Assembly: GCA_963664395.2 (NCBI GenBank)
Contig: OY761159.2
Location: 1,408,001 to 1,472,000, forward strand
Length of the DNA stretch: 64,000 bases
Origin: Candidatus Binatia bacterium
Lineage (GTDB): Bacteria > Desulfobacterota > Binatia > Bin18
Direction of reading: 5' to 3'
Below the pieces are notes generated by a model that did not search any database, was not told where the DNA came from, and saw only the letters and a list, made by a program, of their open reading frames with translations. Every line of letters begins with the position of its first letter. The first letter of the stretch is position 1. Below, one piece after another: positions 1 to 9,681 of the stretch. The position numbers were made by a program, and so were the translations under genes.

Positions 1-1912
1 ATCAGGGCATACCCCCGCGCAGTCACGCTCCGGTCTTCATTGGCGGCGCGGTCGTCCAGGAAACGCACACGCAGGGCGGCAGAGAAATTCTCAATCGGGT
101 AGGCCGTCAGCCCTCCGTTCATCAGCAGAGTCGGAGCCAGGGGAATGGCCTCGCCCGTGATGCGAAAGCGGGGGTCGCTATAGGTCAGGTCGTAGTCAAG
201 CAGCAGCCAGGGCAACACTTCGGCCCGTATCTCAAAATCAACGCCCCAGCGGCGCGTGGGGCCTCGCTGTTCGGTCGTGCCCTCGTCACCCACAAAGACC
301 AACTCGCTACCCCCAGGTCGAGCCACCACAGCGAGGAGGCCAACTCAACTCGATTATACAGTCTGGTGCGTGCCCCGATTTCTGCGCCGGTTGAGCGCGC
401 CAGCCCGCTGCCCCCCGGCTGGACCGCATCCCGGGCATCGTTGGAATGATAGCCCATGCCGAAATTGAGAAAGAGGTCGGTCTGGTGTCAGAGGCTCGCC
501 GGGTTGATAAAAGGCGACACGATCAGGCTGGCCTTGGGGCTGACAATGCCGTCGGTCGCCTCGCGCGGAGAACGGTCGTCAACATCAAAGACAAACACGT
601 CACCGCGCAGGCCAACGATGAAGCGCAGCCACTCGCGGATAAACAGCTCGTGTTGGGTATAGCCGCTGAAGGCGTTCTCCCAGATCTCGGCTTTCTGAGT
701 GGTGACAAAGCGTTGCCGCCGCTGCTGCCGAAACAAGCCGACATCGGCATTATCGTTGCGCGTCTCAAAGCCAATAGTGCTCTCAAGCGGCAGGCTGCCG
801 AGCGTCCACAACCGATGATAATGCGCCCGGCCACCAAACAGCACACGGCTATCGAGTTGTTCAATGCCATCGCCCTGCACCGGGTCGCCGCTGAAAAAAG
901 TAAAGTTTGAGAACATACGCAGCCGGTAGCGACTGAAGTAGAGTTGCACAAACCAGCTTTCCTCCGGGTTTGGGTTTGCCGTATAGATGAGATTCAGGTT
1001 TTCCCGGTCGGAGCGCCCGCCCTCGGTCGGGTCGAGCGAACCGAACCGGTCCAGCCTCCCGCTCCTGACCGCTCGGAGTGGAATCTGGCCGGAGGCGTCC
1101 CAGTCTCCGGTATACAGTGAGGTCCACAGACTCAGCTTCGAGGTCGGGCTCGGCTTGAGGGTAAACTTGCCGAAGAAATTATATTTGACGAAATTCTCGC
1201 CGTGCTTGAACGGCCCGTCGGTGAAATAGACCTCGTTGGCGACCAGGCTCTGCACCGGACCGAGGCGCGGCGACAGGATGCCGACATAGCGCATGGTGTT
1301 GAAACTCCCGCCGACGGCGCGGAGCGAGTTGTGGGCGGTATCTTCTTTGGTAATAAAGTTGACTGCGCCTGAGTTGGCAAAATTCCCAGCGTCCGCGAAA
1401 TAGGGGCCCTTGCGGTAATCGATAGACTCGACCACCTCGGGAATCAAAAAATTGAGGTCGGCATAGCCCTGACCGTGGGCATGACTGACCATATTGACGG
1501 GGATACCGTCAACACTGATGGCCACGTCAGTGCCATGGTCATTATCAAAACCGCGCAAGAAGTATTGCATGGCTTTGCCGCCCCCGGCGTGTTGACCCGC
1601 CACAAATCCCGGCAGATTATTCAGCATTTCCGAGGCCGTGTTATGCGGCCGGACCGCAAAGTCTTTTTCACGCACCCGGCTTTCGGTGGCCGCGCTGATC
1701 GGACGACGCTCGGTGACAGTAATATGTGGCAACTGTTTCGTTGAGTTGGCGGCAGGATGTTCGGCTTCCTGAAGGCCGGTTGTGTCGCGGCCGTAGCTCA
1801 TATCTGCCATCCACAGCAGTACGATGACACAGCATATCCAGCCGGACAGACGGCGCAGGGCGAGGCTGTTTTTTCCAGGTATCAGGTGTCCGTGGTTGTT
1901 CGCTGCTTGCAT
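1..1912 (-). pseudogene. TonB-dependent receptor, disrupted; runs off the left edge of the window
   Basis: ORF 488..1912 has plug-domain motifs (QHAGGGKAMQYFLRGFDNDHGTD, SIDYRKGPY). An in-frame TGA at 488-490 is followed in the same frame by HQTDLFLNFGMGYHSNDAR...LWWLDL. After a frameshift in the C5 run at 310-314, a barrel-like sequence resumes (SELVFVGDEGTTE...RRWGVDFE...ANEDRSVTARGY). Confidence 0.8.
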
Positions 1913-1980
1913 GGCGAGTGTAAAACCTCCTGCTCTCCGGCCTCGTCTGTATCATAGGTCGCCGCGGTTGGCGCACGTGG

Positions 1981-4900
1981 TCAGGGGATAATCACAAAGT
2001 TCTGGAGCGACTGTTCCCACTGTAGCTTTTTGGTTTCCCCAGGGCTGGGAAAGTCTGGAATGGGAAACGTGCCACTCACCCCCCGCAGGAACTGCTCCCC
2101 AAAGGTCGTCACCCGCACGGTGGTGTTGGCAAACTCCTCCCCGTCAAGCAGCGCCCGGACCGTATGCGGTCCGGCTCCCAAGTTATTCCAGTTCCACAGC
2201 AGGCTGAAACCGTTGTCGGTATCGTCACAGACGCCACGGGTATCCTCCCGCACGGTTCCATAGCCCGCTTTCAGTGGCATCCCGTCCAGCTCAATGACAA
2301 TCTCTCCCGCCTCGCACGCCCAGCCGGAGATCACTCCCACCCCACTCTGCGCCGATCCTAGCGACGGGTTTTCCAATATGGCGCTCACGCCCGCTACTCG
2401 ATCATACCCCCCTCCAGTATTCGGCTGCCCGTCGGTGATCACAAAGTTCTGGAGCGACTGTTCCCACTGGACGACGGTGGTCTCGCCGGAGGCGGGAAAG
2501 TTGGGTAGGTCAAAGGTGCCACTCGCCCCTCGTAGGAACTGCTCCCCAAAGGTGGCCACCCGCACGGTGGTGTTGGCAAACTCCTGCCCGTCAATCAGCG
2601 CGCGAATCGTATGCTCTCCGTCGCCCAGCAGGTTCCAGTTATACAATAGACTGAAACCATTATTGGTATCGCCACAGCGACTGCGCGTATCCTCCCGTGT
2701 GGTTCCATAGCCCGCTTTCAGCGGTATCCCGTCCAGCTCAATGACAATCTCGTGGGCGTGACACGCCCAACCCGAGATGACGCCCAGCCCACTCTGAAAG
2801 GAGGTGGACCGGGGGTTCTCCAGGGTCACTGGGGAGACGAAATCCGTTGAGAACACGGCCACGTCGTCGATAGTCCAACCGTCTGCGGTCCCACTGGCAT
2901 CGGACAACATTTGGAAACCGATCTCTATCGGCCGTCCGACAAAGGGAGTCAGGTCAATCTCCGCCTGTTGCCACGCGGCCCGGCCGGAGAAGGATGCCAC
3001 ACTCTTCCACTCGCCGTTCGCCTGCACCCAGACGTTCCCCATATCGCCAGTGTCAAAGTCGTACCGATGCCAGAAGGTCAGGGTCGCTGAATTGTGCCTA
3101 GTCAGATCAATAGTCGGAAGAAAAAGGCTGCTGTTTTGGTCATTCCGGTAATTGCCCCGCGGACTGTCCGTCCAGGCACGCGCGCCGCTCCGTGAAGAAG
3201 CCGTAGTCCGGGCCCATGGGGAGTTCGCAGACCAACCGTTTGCGCCGCTCTCCATGTCATCTTCAAACAGGCTCTCGTTGACTCCCGACTGAGTCACGGT
3301 CAAAGTCCATCCGCCAATGGTGAGCGTACCAGTCCGAGCGCTGGGGCCGGGATTCGCCGCAACCGCGTAGCTGACGCTGCCAGGACCGCGAATTCTGTCC
3401 CCGGACGTAACACGCAGCCACTCGGCGTTGCTCGTTGCGGACCAGTCACAATTCCCTGCCGCCTCAACCTGTACGCTGGCGTTGTCCCTCCCCGGCCCGA
3501 AGATATGGTGTGAAGTAGAAAGAAAATCGATGCAGGTGCTGAACGTGGCGGGGTTTGTGTTGATGGTCACGTGGTAGCCGGTGGCGTAAGCCGCGTCAAT
3601 TGAGACCTGGATAGCATTCTCTGCATCGATAAAGATTTCGCCCACCGTCCACATCGCCCCTGCATCGTTCGGGTCGCCGTTGTTGTCCACGTCTACGACC
3701 TGAGCCAGCCGGTCTTCCCGCGTGGTATCCACCTTATGGATGACCACCGCTTCATCCGGGATTTCGTCGTCATAGCCGGCAAACAGCCGTGTTTCGACGG
3801 TGTAGAAGTCGGTCGGCGACCTCCCAATGGGAATCTGAGCCATCAGATAGCCCTCTTCGCCCGGCTGGGCCGAGCGTTCAAGGGTAATGGTCTGGGTGCT
3901 ATTGGGCGGGGCCACATACTTGCGGGCCGGGGGAATCCAGCCCAGAAAGTCTTTGTGGTAGGCGATGGTATGCACGCCCAGGTAGCCGTAGCCGGGATAT
4001 GGGTCAAGCGACTGGCCGCCGCTCATGACATCCCAGTCAGAGTCATAGGTGCTGGGACTAAATGAGTGATCATCTTGACCATAGGGACCGGAGGAATGCT
4101 GCAAGCCTAAGGCATGGCCCATCTCATGTGCCCAGATTTCCTGTCGTTCATGTGCCCGTTCCGGCAGCCAGGTGATCCCCCAGAAGCGTGTCCGCCTATC
4201 CTTTGTAAACCGCCGGGTGCCGCCATAGGCGCGACGCCCATCAAGGTCCTGGTTAAAGGCGAGGTTGATATGCTCAAAATCCGGCAAAAAGACGTCCGCA
4301 TCGGCCGCGGCAGTACAGTCTCTGGCGGCTCTCTCCAAATCGGCATCTTCCTCTCCATCCCCGTCTGTGTCAGACACGTAATGCGCGCGGGGCCGGGGCA
4401 GATTGTACCAACCCACCACCACGCTGCCGTTCAGATTGGGGAGGTTCTCGTCAGAGACCTCTCGCCAATAATGCTCCAGGCCGGGATAGGACGATCCCAT
4501 TAGTTTCTCATAATGACTGACCGGATGCGGGGTGATATTTCTCGCATCCCCAAACCGACACAAGATGGTCACCCATGCCTGAGAGCCGCGCACATGCAAA
4601 TCGGCCTCCGCGGCCGGGAGAGCCGACCTGGGCGGAGTGGGCTCATCCGGAAACAAGTCGGCGGCGAAGGTTCTGCCCGACGAGGCCGTGGACGGTAACG
4701 GGGCCAGTTCGATGGAGCGGGCTCGGAACCGTAGCGGGTCGTGCTCCCACTCGCCCACGACCGTCACCCGCTTGCGGTTCAAGGTCACCGGGCCGCCGAG
4801 CGGCTGCATGAGTGCTGTATCGATCAGGAGTTCGTGCCGTGCGCCCGAGTCCTCAGTCAACGCATAGCTGGTTTCCGCGGCCCGGCCGGACTCGGGCGGA

Positions 4901-5055
4901 TAATCGGCGACCGTCAGGCTGAACCAGCCGGTGAGGGCCTGGTGTTGGGCTGCGGCGGGAGATACCCCCAGCAGCAACAGGACCAGACAGATTGTGACGC
5001 GTGCTGGGAGGGGCGGGTTCACCTGGTCCCTTTCACTTTCCTGAGAGGGACACAC
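1981..5055 (-). CDS. Secreted multidomain zinc metalloprotease (M6/M11-like) with BACON-like, immune-inhibitor-A/MAM-like and two tandem C-terminal repeat domains
   Basis: N-terminal hydrophobic signal ending AAA-Q; zinc motif HEMGHALGLQH and Met-turn WDVMS; CDWSATSNAEWL...RTGTLTIGG (BACON-like); WTDSP/LTFWHRY/DGWTIDDV domain; two ~149-aa repeats. Confidence 0.8.
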   Translation of the reverse strand: MCPSQESERDQVNPPLPARVTICLVLLLLGVSPAAAQHQALTGWFSLTVADYPPESGRAAETSYALTEDSGARHELLIDTALMQPLGGPVTLNRKRVTVVGEWEHDPLRFRARSIELAPLPSTASSGRTFAADLFPDEPTPPRSALPAAEADLHVRGSQAWVTILCRFGDARNITPHPVSHYEKLMGSSYPGLEHYWREVSDENLPNLNGSVVVGWYNLPRPRAHYVSDTDGDGEEDADLERAARDCTAAADADVFLPDFEHINLAFNQDLDGRRAYGGTRRFTKDRRTRFWGITWLPERAHERQEIWAHEMGHALGLQHSSGPYGQDDHSFSPSTYDSDWDVMSGGQSLDPYPGYGYLGVHTIAYHKDFLGWIPPARKYVAPPNSTQTITLERSAQPGEEGYLMAQIPIGRSPTDFYTVETRLFAGYDDEIPDEAVVIHKVDTTREDRLAQVVDVDNNGDPNDAGAMWTVGEIFIDAENAIQVSIDAAYATGYHVTINTNPATFSTCIDFLSTSHHIFGPGRDNASVQVEAAGNCDWSATSNAEWLRVTSGDRIRGPGSVSYAVAANPGPSARTGTLTIGGWTLTVTQSGVNESLFEDDMESGANGWSANSPWARTTASSRSGARAWTDSPRGNYRNDQNSSLFLPTIDLTRHNSATLTFWHRYDFDTGDMGNVWVQANGEWKSVASFSGRAAWQQAEIDLTPFVGRPIEIGFQMLSDASGTADGWTIDDVAVFSTDFVSPVTLENPRSTSFQSGLGVISGWACHAHEIVIELDGIPLKAGYGTTREDTRSRCGDTNNGFSLLYNWNLLGDGEHTIRALIDGQEFANTTVRVATFGEQFLRGASGTFDLPNFPASGETTVVQWEQSLQNFVITDGQPNTGGGYDRVAGVSAILENPSLGSAQSGVGVISGWACEAGEIVIELDGMPLKAGYGTVREDTRGVCDDTDNGFSLLWNWNNLGAGPHTVRALLDGEEFANTTVRVTTFGEQFLRGVSGTFPIPDFPSPGETKKLQWEQSLQNFVIIP
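1991..2823. repeat. Intragenic duplication with 447-bp period encoding the two C-terminal domains of the protease
   Basis: ATCACAAAGTTCTGGAGCGACTGTTCCCACTG occurs at 1991 and 2438; further shared blocks include CACCCGCACGGTGGTGTTGGCAAACTCCT and CCCGTCCAGCTCAATGACAATCTC. Confidence 0.9.
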
Positions 5056-5058
5056 TCA

Positions 5059-6384
5059 CTACAAGGTCAGTGTGAAGTCTTCGACCAAAAGCCCCGGCAG
5101 TCGGCTGCTGCCTGTTGAGCGGGCATGATAGGTGTTGGGATCAAGCATATAGTCCCGCTCGGCGGTGATGCCAGCCAGGTTTGTCCCCAGTATACGGTAG
5201 AGCGATTCGTCAAACCGCATCACGTTGAGCGGCGCCTGAATCTCACCGTTTTCCACCCAGAAAGTAGCAAACCGGGTCATGCCGGTCATGCGGCAGGCCG
5301 CAAGGTCCGAATAGTTCAGATACCACAAATTGTTGATATAGATGCCGGTGTCCAGTTGCGTCAGCAGCGTATCCTGGGTCAGTTCACCTGCGGCCATGTC
5401 AATGGATTCGGCCGCCTCCCAACTCGATGCCCCATTGGTGGCCACGCCGTATTCCTTGGCAGACCGGGGAGACACCAGACAGTCTGCCCGACGACCGTGG
5501 GTGATGAGGCGGACTTGGTCCGGTTTCCGAAAGCCGTCCTCCTGGAAGTTCGGGGCCACTCCGTCCCGCATATTTTCAATAAGGGTGACAGCGGGGTGCA
5601 GCTCCGCTCCCTCCTGTGTCATTTTGATCAGCGGCGTTTGTTTGGTCCGCTGCTCCTTGAGACCAAATCCACCCCAGTTCAGCAGTTCCATAATTTCACA
5701 CACGGCCGAGGGCGCCAGATACACCCGGTAGCGGCCGGGCGTAATGGTCTTGGCCGGCCTGGACAGCCCGGCCAACTGTTGGTCCGCGGTATCGACCTTG
5801 TGTTCAAACACGTTCGGATTCCACACAAAACCGGCCTCAGCCGTTTTGACCGCTTTGTCGCCACTGAGATAGAAACTCCAGTCCACACTATAGGTATAGG
5901 TGGAGAACCAGTTGCGTTGGCCAAAGGAATTGGCGAACCCCGCGTGGATGCCGCCGGCCGCATAGAAGCCAACCAGGTCCCGTCCCTGTCCGGCCTGCAG
6001 GACAGCATCGACGATCATCCCCCGTTCTTCCGGCAGCCGGTTTTCGCCGTGATGCTCGCTCGACTGGACCTCGGTCGCGTGGAAGACATGCGGGTCCTCG
6101 GGCAGATAGGGAAGCTGGGCACGCAGGCTGTCCAGCACAGCGCGGGCGCGCTGACTGTCCACGGCAAAGTCGCCGCATAGGCTGATATCCCCGGCTGCGT
6201 GGCGTTGTCCGATAACGAGTTCAACCGCGATGGAACGTTGCGCCACCGTTCCCGCCTGGCGGATCGCGCTGTTATTGAATCGGACGAAGTCCGAGTCCTC
6301 GGCCGCAAAATTACACAGCGCATGCTCCTCGCCGGTCAGGTGGCTGATGATGAAGTCGGCAAGCTGGTAGAAATACTCCTGCAT
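5059..6384 (-). CDS. tldE: TldE/PmbA-family modulator subunit
   Basis: FVRFNNSAIRQAG N-terminus, PGRYRVYLAPSAV, TGMTRFATFWVENGEI; no HExxH; directly downstream of tldD. Confidence 0.85.
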   Translation of the reverse strand: MQEYFYQLADFIISHLTGEEHALCNFAAEDSDFVRFNNSAIRQAGTVAQRSIAVELVIGQRHAAGDISLCGDFAVDSQRARAVLDSLRAQLPYLPEDPHVFHATEVQSSEHHGENRLPEERGMIVDAVLQAGQGRDLVGFYAAGGIHAGFANSFGQRNWFSTYTYSVDWSFYLSGDKAVKTAEAGFVWNPNVFEHKVDTADQQLAGLSRPAKTITPGRYRVYLAPSAVCEIMELLNWGGFGLKEQRTKQTPLIKMTQEGAELHPAVTLIENMRDGVAPNFQEDGFRKPDQVRLITHGRRADCLVSPRSAKEYGVATNGASSWEAAESIDMAAGELTQDTLLTQLDTGIYINNLWYLNYSDLAACRMTGMTRFATFWVENGEIQAPLNVMRFDESLYRILGTNLAGITAERDYMLDPNTYHARSTGSSRLPGLLVEDFTLTL

Positions 6385-6447
6385 CCTCTCGACCCCGCCC
6401 TAAAAGAGTAAACGTATCCTCCAATACATATGAGATGCTGGACACGT

Positions 6448-7896
6448 TTACTCTTTCTCGCCCCCAAAAACCTCAACGCCCGAGAATACACACGCCGGAG
6501 CGGCATGTCCAACCCGGATGACCTGATTGGGCTCGCCCTTGCCGCAGAACGGGGTGCCGAGCACCTCATAACTGTCCAGGTTGCCGACCCTGGCCAGGTT
6601 GCGCCAGAATGTGGCCGACACTCCCCGGTAGTTTGGTTTTTTGACCACCGTTGTCAGCGTGCCGTCTTCAATCAGTTGGCCCCACTCGCAGCCAAACTGG
6701 AATTTGTTGCGCGAATCATCAATGGACCAGGAACAGTTGGTTTTCATATACACGCCCCGCTCAATGGCGCCGACCATAGACGAAAAATCGGACTGTCCCG
6801 GTTCCAGGTTCAAATTCGCCATGCGGTCAATCGTCGGCCTGTTCCAGGTGTCGGCGCGGGCGTTGGCGACACCGGGCATCCCCAGCCGCGCTTGGGAGAC
6901 TACTCCGCCCAGTCCGCGCAGCAGGCGGCCGTTCTTGATCAGATATTCCTTGCGGGCGGGCTGGCCGTCGTCATCAAATTGATAGCTGGCATACTGTTCG
7001 GGTCGGGAGGGGTCAAAGGTGATATTCAACAAGTCCGAGCCGTACTGATATGTGCCGAACATGTCCGGCGTCACAAAGCTGGTACCGGCATAATTCCGCT
7101 CATCCCCGAGAATGCGGTCGAGCTCAAGCGGGTGGCCGATCGACTCATGAATCTGAAGCATCATTTGATCCGGGGCAAGGAGCACGTCCAGCTGCCCGAC
7201 CGGGCAATCGGGCGCGCTCAGGAGCTGGACTGCCTCAGCGCTGAGTTGCGGTGCGGCCGCATGAAACCCGGTTTGCTCCAAGACTTCCAAGCCCCCCTGG
7301 CGGCAATAGCCACGCCCGCCGAACGTCCGCGTGTGCGTCTCCGTCCCGGCGTTGGCGGTCACGCTCAACATCGGCACGATATAGGAGAATCGCTGGCGGG
7401 TGTGGGCGCCACCATTTGTGATCGAGAGCGTGTCGCTCTCCGTATGCCACAGGCTGGCCTCCCAGTCGACAATCCGCTCGTCCGTTTTCAAGCGGGCGCT
7501 CTCCTGCTGGAGCAGCGCGATTTTATCGGCCAGGGACACGGCATCCCAGGCGACGGCCACCGGCGTCTCATACTCACCCTGCGGCTGGGCAAAGACCACC
7601 TGCGAGAAGTCGGTCACGCCACACGCCGCGCTGCGCTGTGCCCAGCCCCTGGCGTGTTCGAGCGCGCGCGCTAAGCCCGCCTCAGTCAGGTCGCTCGTCC
7701 CGGCATAGCCGCAGCCCCCCTGATGGACGACCGTCAGCATGACCCCCAGGTCGTCGCCGTTTGACACCGGCTGTAAGACATCCTGACGAACCGCCAGCGA
7801 CTCTGACTGCTCGCGCACAATGCGGAGCGAACAGAACTCGACGCTGGGCATGAGGCGCCGAAAGCGTTCGGCTATCTGCTCGTGTGGCTGCTCCAT
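6448..7896 (-). CDS. tldD: TldD metalloprotease
   Basis: HESIGHPLELDR zinc motif, RMANLNLEPG, and C-terminal CGKGEP. Confidence 0.9.
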   Translation of the reverse strand: MEQPHEQIAERFRRLMPSVEFCSLRIVREQSESLAVRQDVLQPVSNGDDLGVMLTVVHQGGCGYAGTSDLTEAGLARALEHARGWAQRSAACGVTDFSQVVFAQPQGEYETPVAVAWDAVSLADKIALLQQESARLKTDERIVDWEASLWHTESDTLSITNGGAHTRQRFSYIVPMLSVTANAGTETHTRTFGGRGYCRQGGLEVLEQTGFHAAAPQLSAEAVQLLSAPDCPVGQLDVLLAPDQMMLQIHESIGHPLELDRILGDERNYAGTSFVTPDMFGTYQYGSDLLNITFDPSRPEQYASYQFDDDGQPARKEYLIKNGRLLRGLGGVVSQARLGMPGVANARADTWNRPTIDRMANLNLEPGQSDFSSMVGAIERGVYMKTNCSWSIDDSRNKFQFGCEWGQLIEDGTLTTVVKKPNYRGVSATFWRNLARVGNLDSYEVLGTPFCGKGEPNQVIRVGHAAPACVFSGVEVFGGEKE

Positions 7897-7902
7897 GCCG
7901 GT

Positions 7903-8256
7903 TTAGTCCTGTTTTTCCGTATTCAGAATCACTTCATGGATTTCCAGCACATTCGCGCCGGCAAACATTTCTGCGGGTGGGCGGTTGCTATGGGCGAGGC
8001 GGAAGGACTCGCTTTTTGTCCAGTCCCAAAACGCTTGTTCACTTTCCCAGTAGGTTTGGACCAGGTAAAATCCCTGCTCTTCCTTCTCTTCCCACTCACC
8101 CGTTTGGTGGCTGAACCGACGCTGGACCGGCCGCATCACCAGGTTTTTGATAAACCCGGGGGACTGGTCGATCAGATGTGCCCGGTTCCGAAACCGATCC
8201 TCAAACTCTTCTTCATGTCCCTCAGCAACGGGAATCCGGTTCGTGACGACAAACAT
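7903..8256 (-). CDS. Antibiotic biosynthesis monooxygenase / IsdG-like heme oxygenase family protein
   Basis: MFVVTNRIPV..EFEDRF..PGF..TYWESEQAFWDW..SESFRLAH; GGAGG RBS upstream of ATG at 8256, so the start is trimmed from the ORF-track call. Confidence 0.8.
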   Translation of the reverse strand: MFVVTNRIPVAEGHEEEFEDRFRNRAHLIDQSPGFIKNLVMRPVQRRFSHQTGEWEEKEEQGFYLVQTYWESEQAFWDWTKSESFRLAHSNRPPAEMFAGANVLEIHEVILNTEKQD

Positions 8257-8541
8257 AGCGTGTTCTCCTCCGCTGCAAATATATTGCTGTGTCTTCACTG
8301 TAAAAGAGTTACGAAAGAGATGGAAGCGCTCCCCAGGCTCAACACCGCAGTCAGTCTCTTGCCCCCTCGACTTAAGGGTGTTCTCCAAAGAGAACACAGA
8401 AAAAATGCCCCCGCGTGGAAGGCGTTCGGCCATTCCCGCGGTTGCGTTCAGCTCAAAAAAGCAATAAAGTCCGGTTCAGAAGGAAAAGTGTCGCAGACTG
8501 TCTACCACGTCTGTCGGTTTTGAGTTGGTTCACACGATCAT

Positions 8542-8586
8542 AAGCCCTGGGGACCTCCTCATATGGTTCCCAGGGCTTTTTTATTT
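8542..8586 (+). terminator. Intrinsic terminator-like hairpin in the leader of the RRM gene
   Basis: AAGCCCTGGGGACC-loop-GGTTCCCAGGGCTT followed by TTTTATTT, about 20 nt before the ATG at 8605. Confidence 0.65.
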
Positions 8587-8604
8587 GTCAGGAGGTCCCG
8601 TAGC

Positions 8605-8895
8605 ATGAAACTCTTTGTTGGTAATCTGCCCTTCAGCACGACGCAAGAAGACCTTGAAGCACTCTTTGGCGAATCAGGCGCAGTCACATCGGTCAATGTT
8701 ATTACTGATCGGTTTTCCGGCAAATCTCGTGGATTCGGCTTTGTCGAAATGGAAAACCAGGAGGAGGCGCAGGCTGCGATAGAGCGCCTGAACGGGAGTG
8801 ATCTCCAAGGGCGTCCGCTGACCGTCAACGAGGCCCGCCCGCAAAGAGAACGCTCACAAGGCCCCAGGAGGGATGGCGGCGACCGAGATTGGTAG
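8605..8895 (+). CDS. RRM (RNP-1) RNA-binding protein
   Basis: RNP2 KLFVGNL, RNP1 RGFGFVEM, VNEARP and an R/G-rich tail; AGGAGG RBS. Confidence 0.93.
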   Translation: MKLFVGNLPFSTTQEDLEALFGESGAVTSVNVITDRFSGKSRGFGFVEMENQEEAQAAIERLNGSDLQGRPLTVNEARPQRERSQGPRRDGGDRDW

Positions 8896-9013
8896 GAGGA
8901 AAGAAGAGCTTCCGTAGGATAGAAGGTGTTTGCCATATGTCCGTGAGTAAGGGAAACGGCTTCCTCACAATCCAACACTGTGCGACGGTGATCGGTTTCT
9001 AAGGAGAGTACCC

Positions 9014-9442
9014 ATGATCAAGGTAAAAGACGGTGACACTGTTCGCGTTCAGTATACCGGCAGGCTTAAGGACGGATCAGTCTTTGACTCATCGGCGAAG
9101 AGTGACGCACTACAATTTACCATTGGGAAAGGCCAGGTACTCCAAGGGTTTGAGCAAGCCGTAATCGGCATGCGCCCAAAGGAATCGAAAACGGTCCTCA
9201 TCCCGGCTGAGTCAGCCTACGGCCCACACCGGGATGGGATGACCACGCAAGTCCAACGCAGTCAATTCCCGAATAATGTTGAACTGAAAATTGGCCAGCG
9301 GCTGCAAATCAATCAGAAAAATGGCCAGTCAATCGCCGTCTCCGTCCTCGCCCTATCCGACTCTACGGCAACCCTGGATGCCAACCACCCTCTGGCGGGC
9401 AAGGACCTGACGTTTGACCTTCAACTCGTCGAGATCACCTGA
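9014..9442 (+). CDS. FKBP-type peptidyl-prolyl cis-trans isomerase (SlyD-like, no metal-binding tail)
   Basis: YTGRLKDGSVFDSS, AYG, LDANHPLAGKDLTF. Confidence 0.92.
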   Translation: MIKVKDGDTVRVQYTGRLKDGSVFDSSAKSDALQFTIGKGQVLQGFEQAVIGMRPKESKTVLIPAESAYGPHRDGMTTQVQRSQFPNNVELKIGQRLQINQKNGQSIAVSVLALSDSTATLDANHPLAGKDLTFDLQLVEIT

Positions 9443-9681
9443 CCCCCCTCCGGACGTATTCCGCCGCCCAGTCCGAGTCGGCCTGCGGATGGATTATTCA
9501 AACGGAAATACGACCCGGCAGCGATGACCGGCCGGGAGCGTCCCGCCTTGATTGGGCAGCGTCAGACGCACCCCGAACGAACCACTGGCCGAGTCACGCC
9601 TGTCTCAAGCGACTGCCGACAAATATGGGCTCTGGCACGAGCCGTGATGCCAAGGGGTCCGCGACCGAGCGGGGGCTGCCT

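Noticed and set aside
488-490. Selenocysteine or programmed readthrough at the TBDR TGA
   Set aside because: A second lesion (frameshift) follows about 175 nt later, the position is not Cys-like, and TGA acts as a normal stop throughout the window.
6430-7674. Long antisense ORFs here and at 5125-6180, 15836-16750, 17072-18517 and 62637-63743
   Set aside because: Each lies opposite a well-supported gene and has no recognisable motifs.
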